Source of the DNA: Nemertoderma westbladi
Lineage: Eukaryota > Animalia > Xenacoelomorpha
Length of the DNA: 64,000 nucleotides
Assembly (NCBI GenBank): GCA_032718475.1
Contig: JAUCBJ010002643.1
Coordinates: 1 to 64,000, forward strand
Reading direction: 5' to 3'
A model generated the notes under the pieces. That model was not told the DNA's origin. It saw only the letters and a list, made by a program, of their open reading frames with translations, and made no database searches. Positions 61,659-64,000 of the stretch are shown piece by piece; position 1 is the first letter of the stretch; each line of letters starts with the position of its first letter. The translations under genes were made by a program, and so were the position numbers.

Positions 61659-64000
61659 GTAAGTAAACCACCTCCGGATGTGGATCATGTGTGGTAAGTA
61701 AACCACGCCTGAGTGTGGATCATGTGTGGTAAGTAAACCAACTCCGGGTGTGGATCATGTGTGGTAAGTAAACCACGTCTGGGTGTGGATCATGTGTGGT
61801 AAGTAAAGCACATCCGGGTGTGGATCATGTGTGGTAAGTAAACCACCTCCGGGTGTGGATCATGTGTGGTAAGTAAACCACCTCCGGGTGTGGATCATGT
61901 GTGGTAAGTAAACCACCTCCGGGTGTGGATCATGTGTGGTAATTAAACCACCTCCGGGTGTGGATCATGTGTGGTAAGTAAACCACCTCCGGGTGTGGAT
62001 CATGTGTGGTAAGTAAACCACCTCCGGGTGTGGATCATGTGTGGTAATTAAACCGCCTCCGGGTGTGGATCATGTGTGGTAAGTAAACCACCTCCGGGTG
62101 TGGATCATGTGTGGTAAGTAAACCACCTCCGGGTGTGGATCATGTGTGGTAAGTAAACCACCTCCGGGTGTGGATCATGTGGGTAAGTAAACCACCTCCG
62201 GGTGTGGATCATGTATGGTAAGTAAACCACCTCCGGGTGTGGATCATGTGGGTAAGTAAACCACCTCCGGGTGTGGATCATGTGTGGTAATTAAACCACC
62301 TCCGGGTGTGGATCAGGTGTGGTAAGTAAACCACCTCCGGATGTGGATCATGTGTGGTAAGTAAACCACGTCTGGGTGTGGATCATGTGTGGTAAGTAAA
62401 CCACGTCTGGGTGTGGATCATGTGTGGTAAGTAAACCACGTCTGGGTGTGGATCATGTGTGGTAAGTAAACCATCTCCGCGTGTGGATCATGTGTGGTAA
62501 GTAAACCACCCCCGGATGTGGATCATGTGTGGTAAGTAAACCACGTCTGGGTGTGGATCATGTGTGGTAAGTAAACCACCCCCGGATGTGGATCATGTGT
62601 GGTAAGTAAACCACGTCTGGGTGTGGATCATGTGTGGTAAGTAAACCACCTCCGCGTGTGGATCATGTGGGTAAGTAAACCACCTCCGGGTGTGGATCAT
62701 GTGTGGTAAGTAAACCACCCCCGGATGTGGATCATGTGTGGTAAGTAAACCACGTCTGAGTGTGGATCATGTGTGGTAAGTAAACCACCTCCGGGTGTGG
62801 ATCATGTGTGATAAGTAAAGCACATCCGGGTGTGGATCATGTGTGGTAAGTAAACCACCTCCGGGTGTGGATCATGTGTGGTAAGTAAACCACCTCCGGG
62901 TGTGGATCATGTGTGGTAAGTAAACCACCTCCGGGTGTGGATCATGTGTGGTAAGTAAACCACCTCCGGGTGTGGATCATGTGTGGTAAGTAAACTACCT
63001 CCGGGTGTGGATCATGTGTGGTAAGTAAACCACCTCCGGGTGTGGATCATGTGTGGTAAGTAAACCACATCCGGGTGTGGTTCATGTGTGGTAAGTAAAC
63101 CACCTTCGGTTGTGGATCATGTGTGGTAAGTAAACCACCTCCGGGTGTGGATCATGTGTGGTAAGTAAACCACCTCCGGGTGTGGATCATGTGTGGTAAG
63201 TAAACCACATCCGGGTGTGGTTCATGTGTGGTAAGTAAACCACCTTCGGTTGTGGATCATGTGTGGTAAGTAAACCACCTCCGGGTGTGGATCATGTGTG
63301 GTAAGTAAACCACCTCCGGGTGTGGATAATGTGGGTAAGTAAACCACCTCCGGGTGTGGATCATGTGTGGTAAGTAAACCGACATCCGGATGTGGATTAT
63401 GTGTGGTAAGTAAACCAACTCCGGGTGTGGATCATGTGTGGTAAGTAAACCACCTCCGGTGTGGATCATGTGTGGTAAGTAAACCACCTCCGGGTGTGGA
63501 TCATGTGTGGTAAGTAAACCGCCTCCGGGTGTGGATCATGTGTGGTAAGTAAACCGCCTCCGGGTGTGGATCATGTGTGGTAAGTAAACCACCTCCGGGT
63601 GTGGATAATGTGTGGTAATTAAACCACGTCTGGGTGTGGATCATGTGTGGTAAGTAAACCGCCTCCGGGTGTGGATCATGTGTGGTAAGTAAACCGCGTC
63701 CGGGTGTGGATCATGTGTGGTAAGTAAACCACCTCCGGGTGTGGATCATGTGTGGTAAGTAAACCACGTCTGGGTGTGGATCATGTGTGGTAAGTAAACC
63801 ACCTCCGGGTGTGGATCATGTGTGGTAAGTAAACCACCTCCGGGTGTGGATCATGTGTGGTAAGTAAACCACCTCCAGGTGTGGATCATGGGTGGTAAGT
63901 AAACCACGTCTGGGTGTGGATCATGTGTGGTAAGTAAAGCACATCCGGGTGTGGATCATGTTTGGTAAGTAAACCACCTCCGGATGTGGATCATGTGTGG
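61630..64000 (+). repeat. 35-bp exon-derived minisatellite (~67 units, runs off window)
   Basis: Unit AAACCACCTCCGG(A/G)TGTGGATCATGTGTG-GTAAGT equals the last 29 nt of exon 2 plus the donor hexamer. Confidence 0.95.

Noticed and set aside
54810-64000. 35-36-bp hairpin-containing repeats as CRISPR arrays
   Set aside because: Units are contiguous with no unique spacers, there are no cas genes, and the context is a spliced eukaryotic locus.

Overview
Eukaryotic (animal, invertebrate-like) repeat-rich DNA. About 1-40.5 kb is a nest of retroelements. A BEL/Pao LTR element (A, minus strand, runs off the left edge) is inserted in the leader of a second BEL-derived element (B) and is itself hit by a 2-kb LTR element with an internal 409-bp hairpin. 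B carries an RTE-X-like LINE and a Helentron-like MITE. A related complete copy (B', 27638-40501, 1207-bp LTRs, TSD CAGTT) encodes Gag and protease but no RT or integrase, has an extra 3' zinc-knuckle ORF, and has no tRNA PBS: the 11 nt next to its 5' LTR are instead complementary to a conserved LTR 11-mer (candidate Tf1-like self-priming). The right half holds a 3-exon GPAT3/4 acyltransferase gene whose intron 2 contains a TIR transposon, a Penelope-like palindrome with a minimal hammerhead ribozyme and a GalEa-type Copia element, plus the first two exons of a Ly6/uPAR three-finger gene. Most striking pattern: at least two, probably three, unrelated minisatellites begin exactly at a 5' splice site and are tandem copies of that exon's 3' end plus the donor GT, giving dozens of decoy donors. 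All calls come from reading the sequence; no searches were run.
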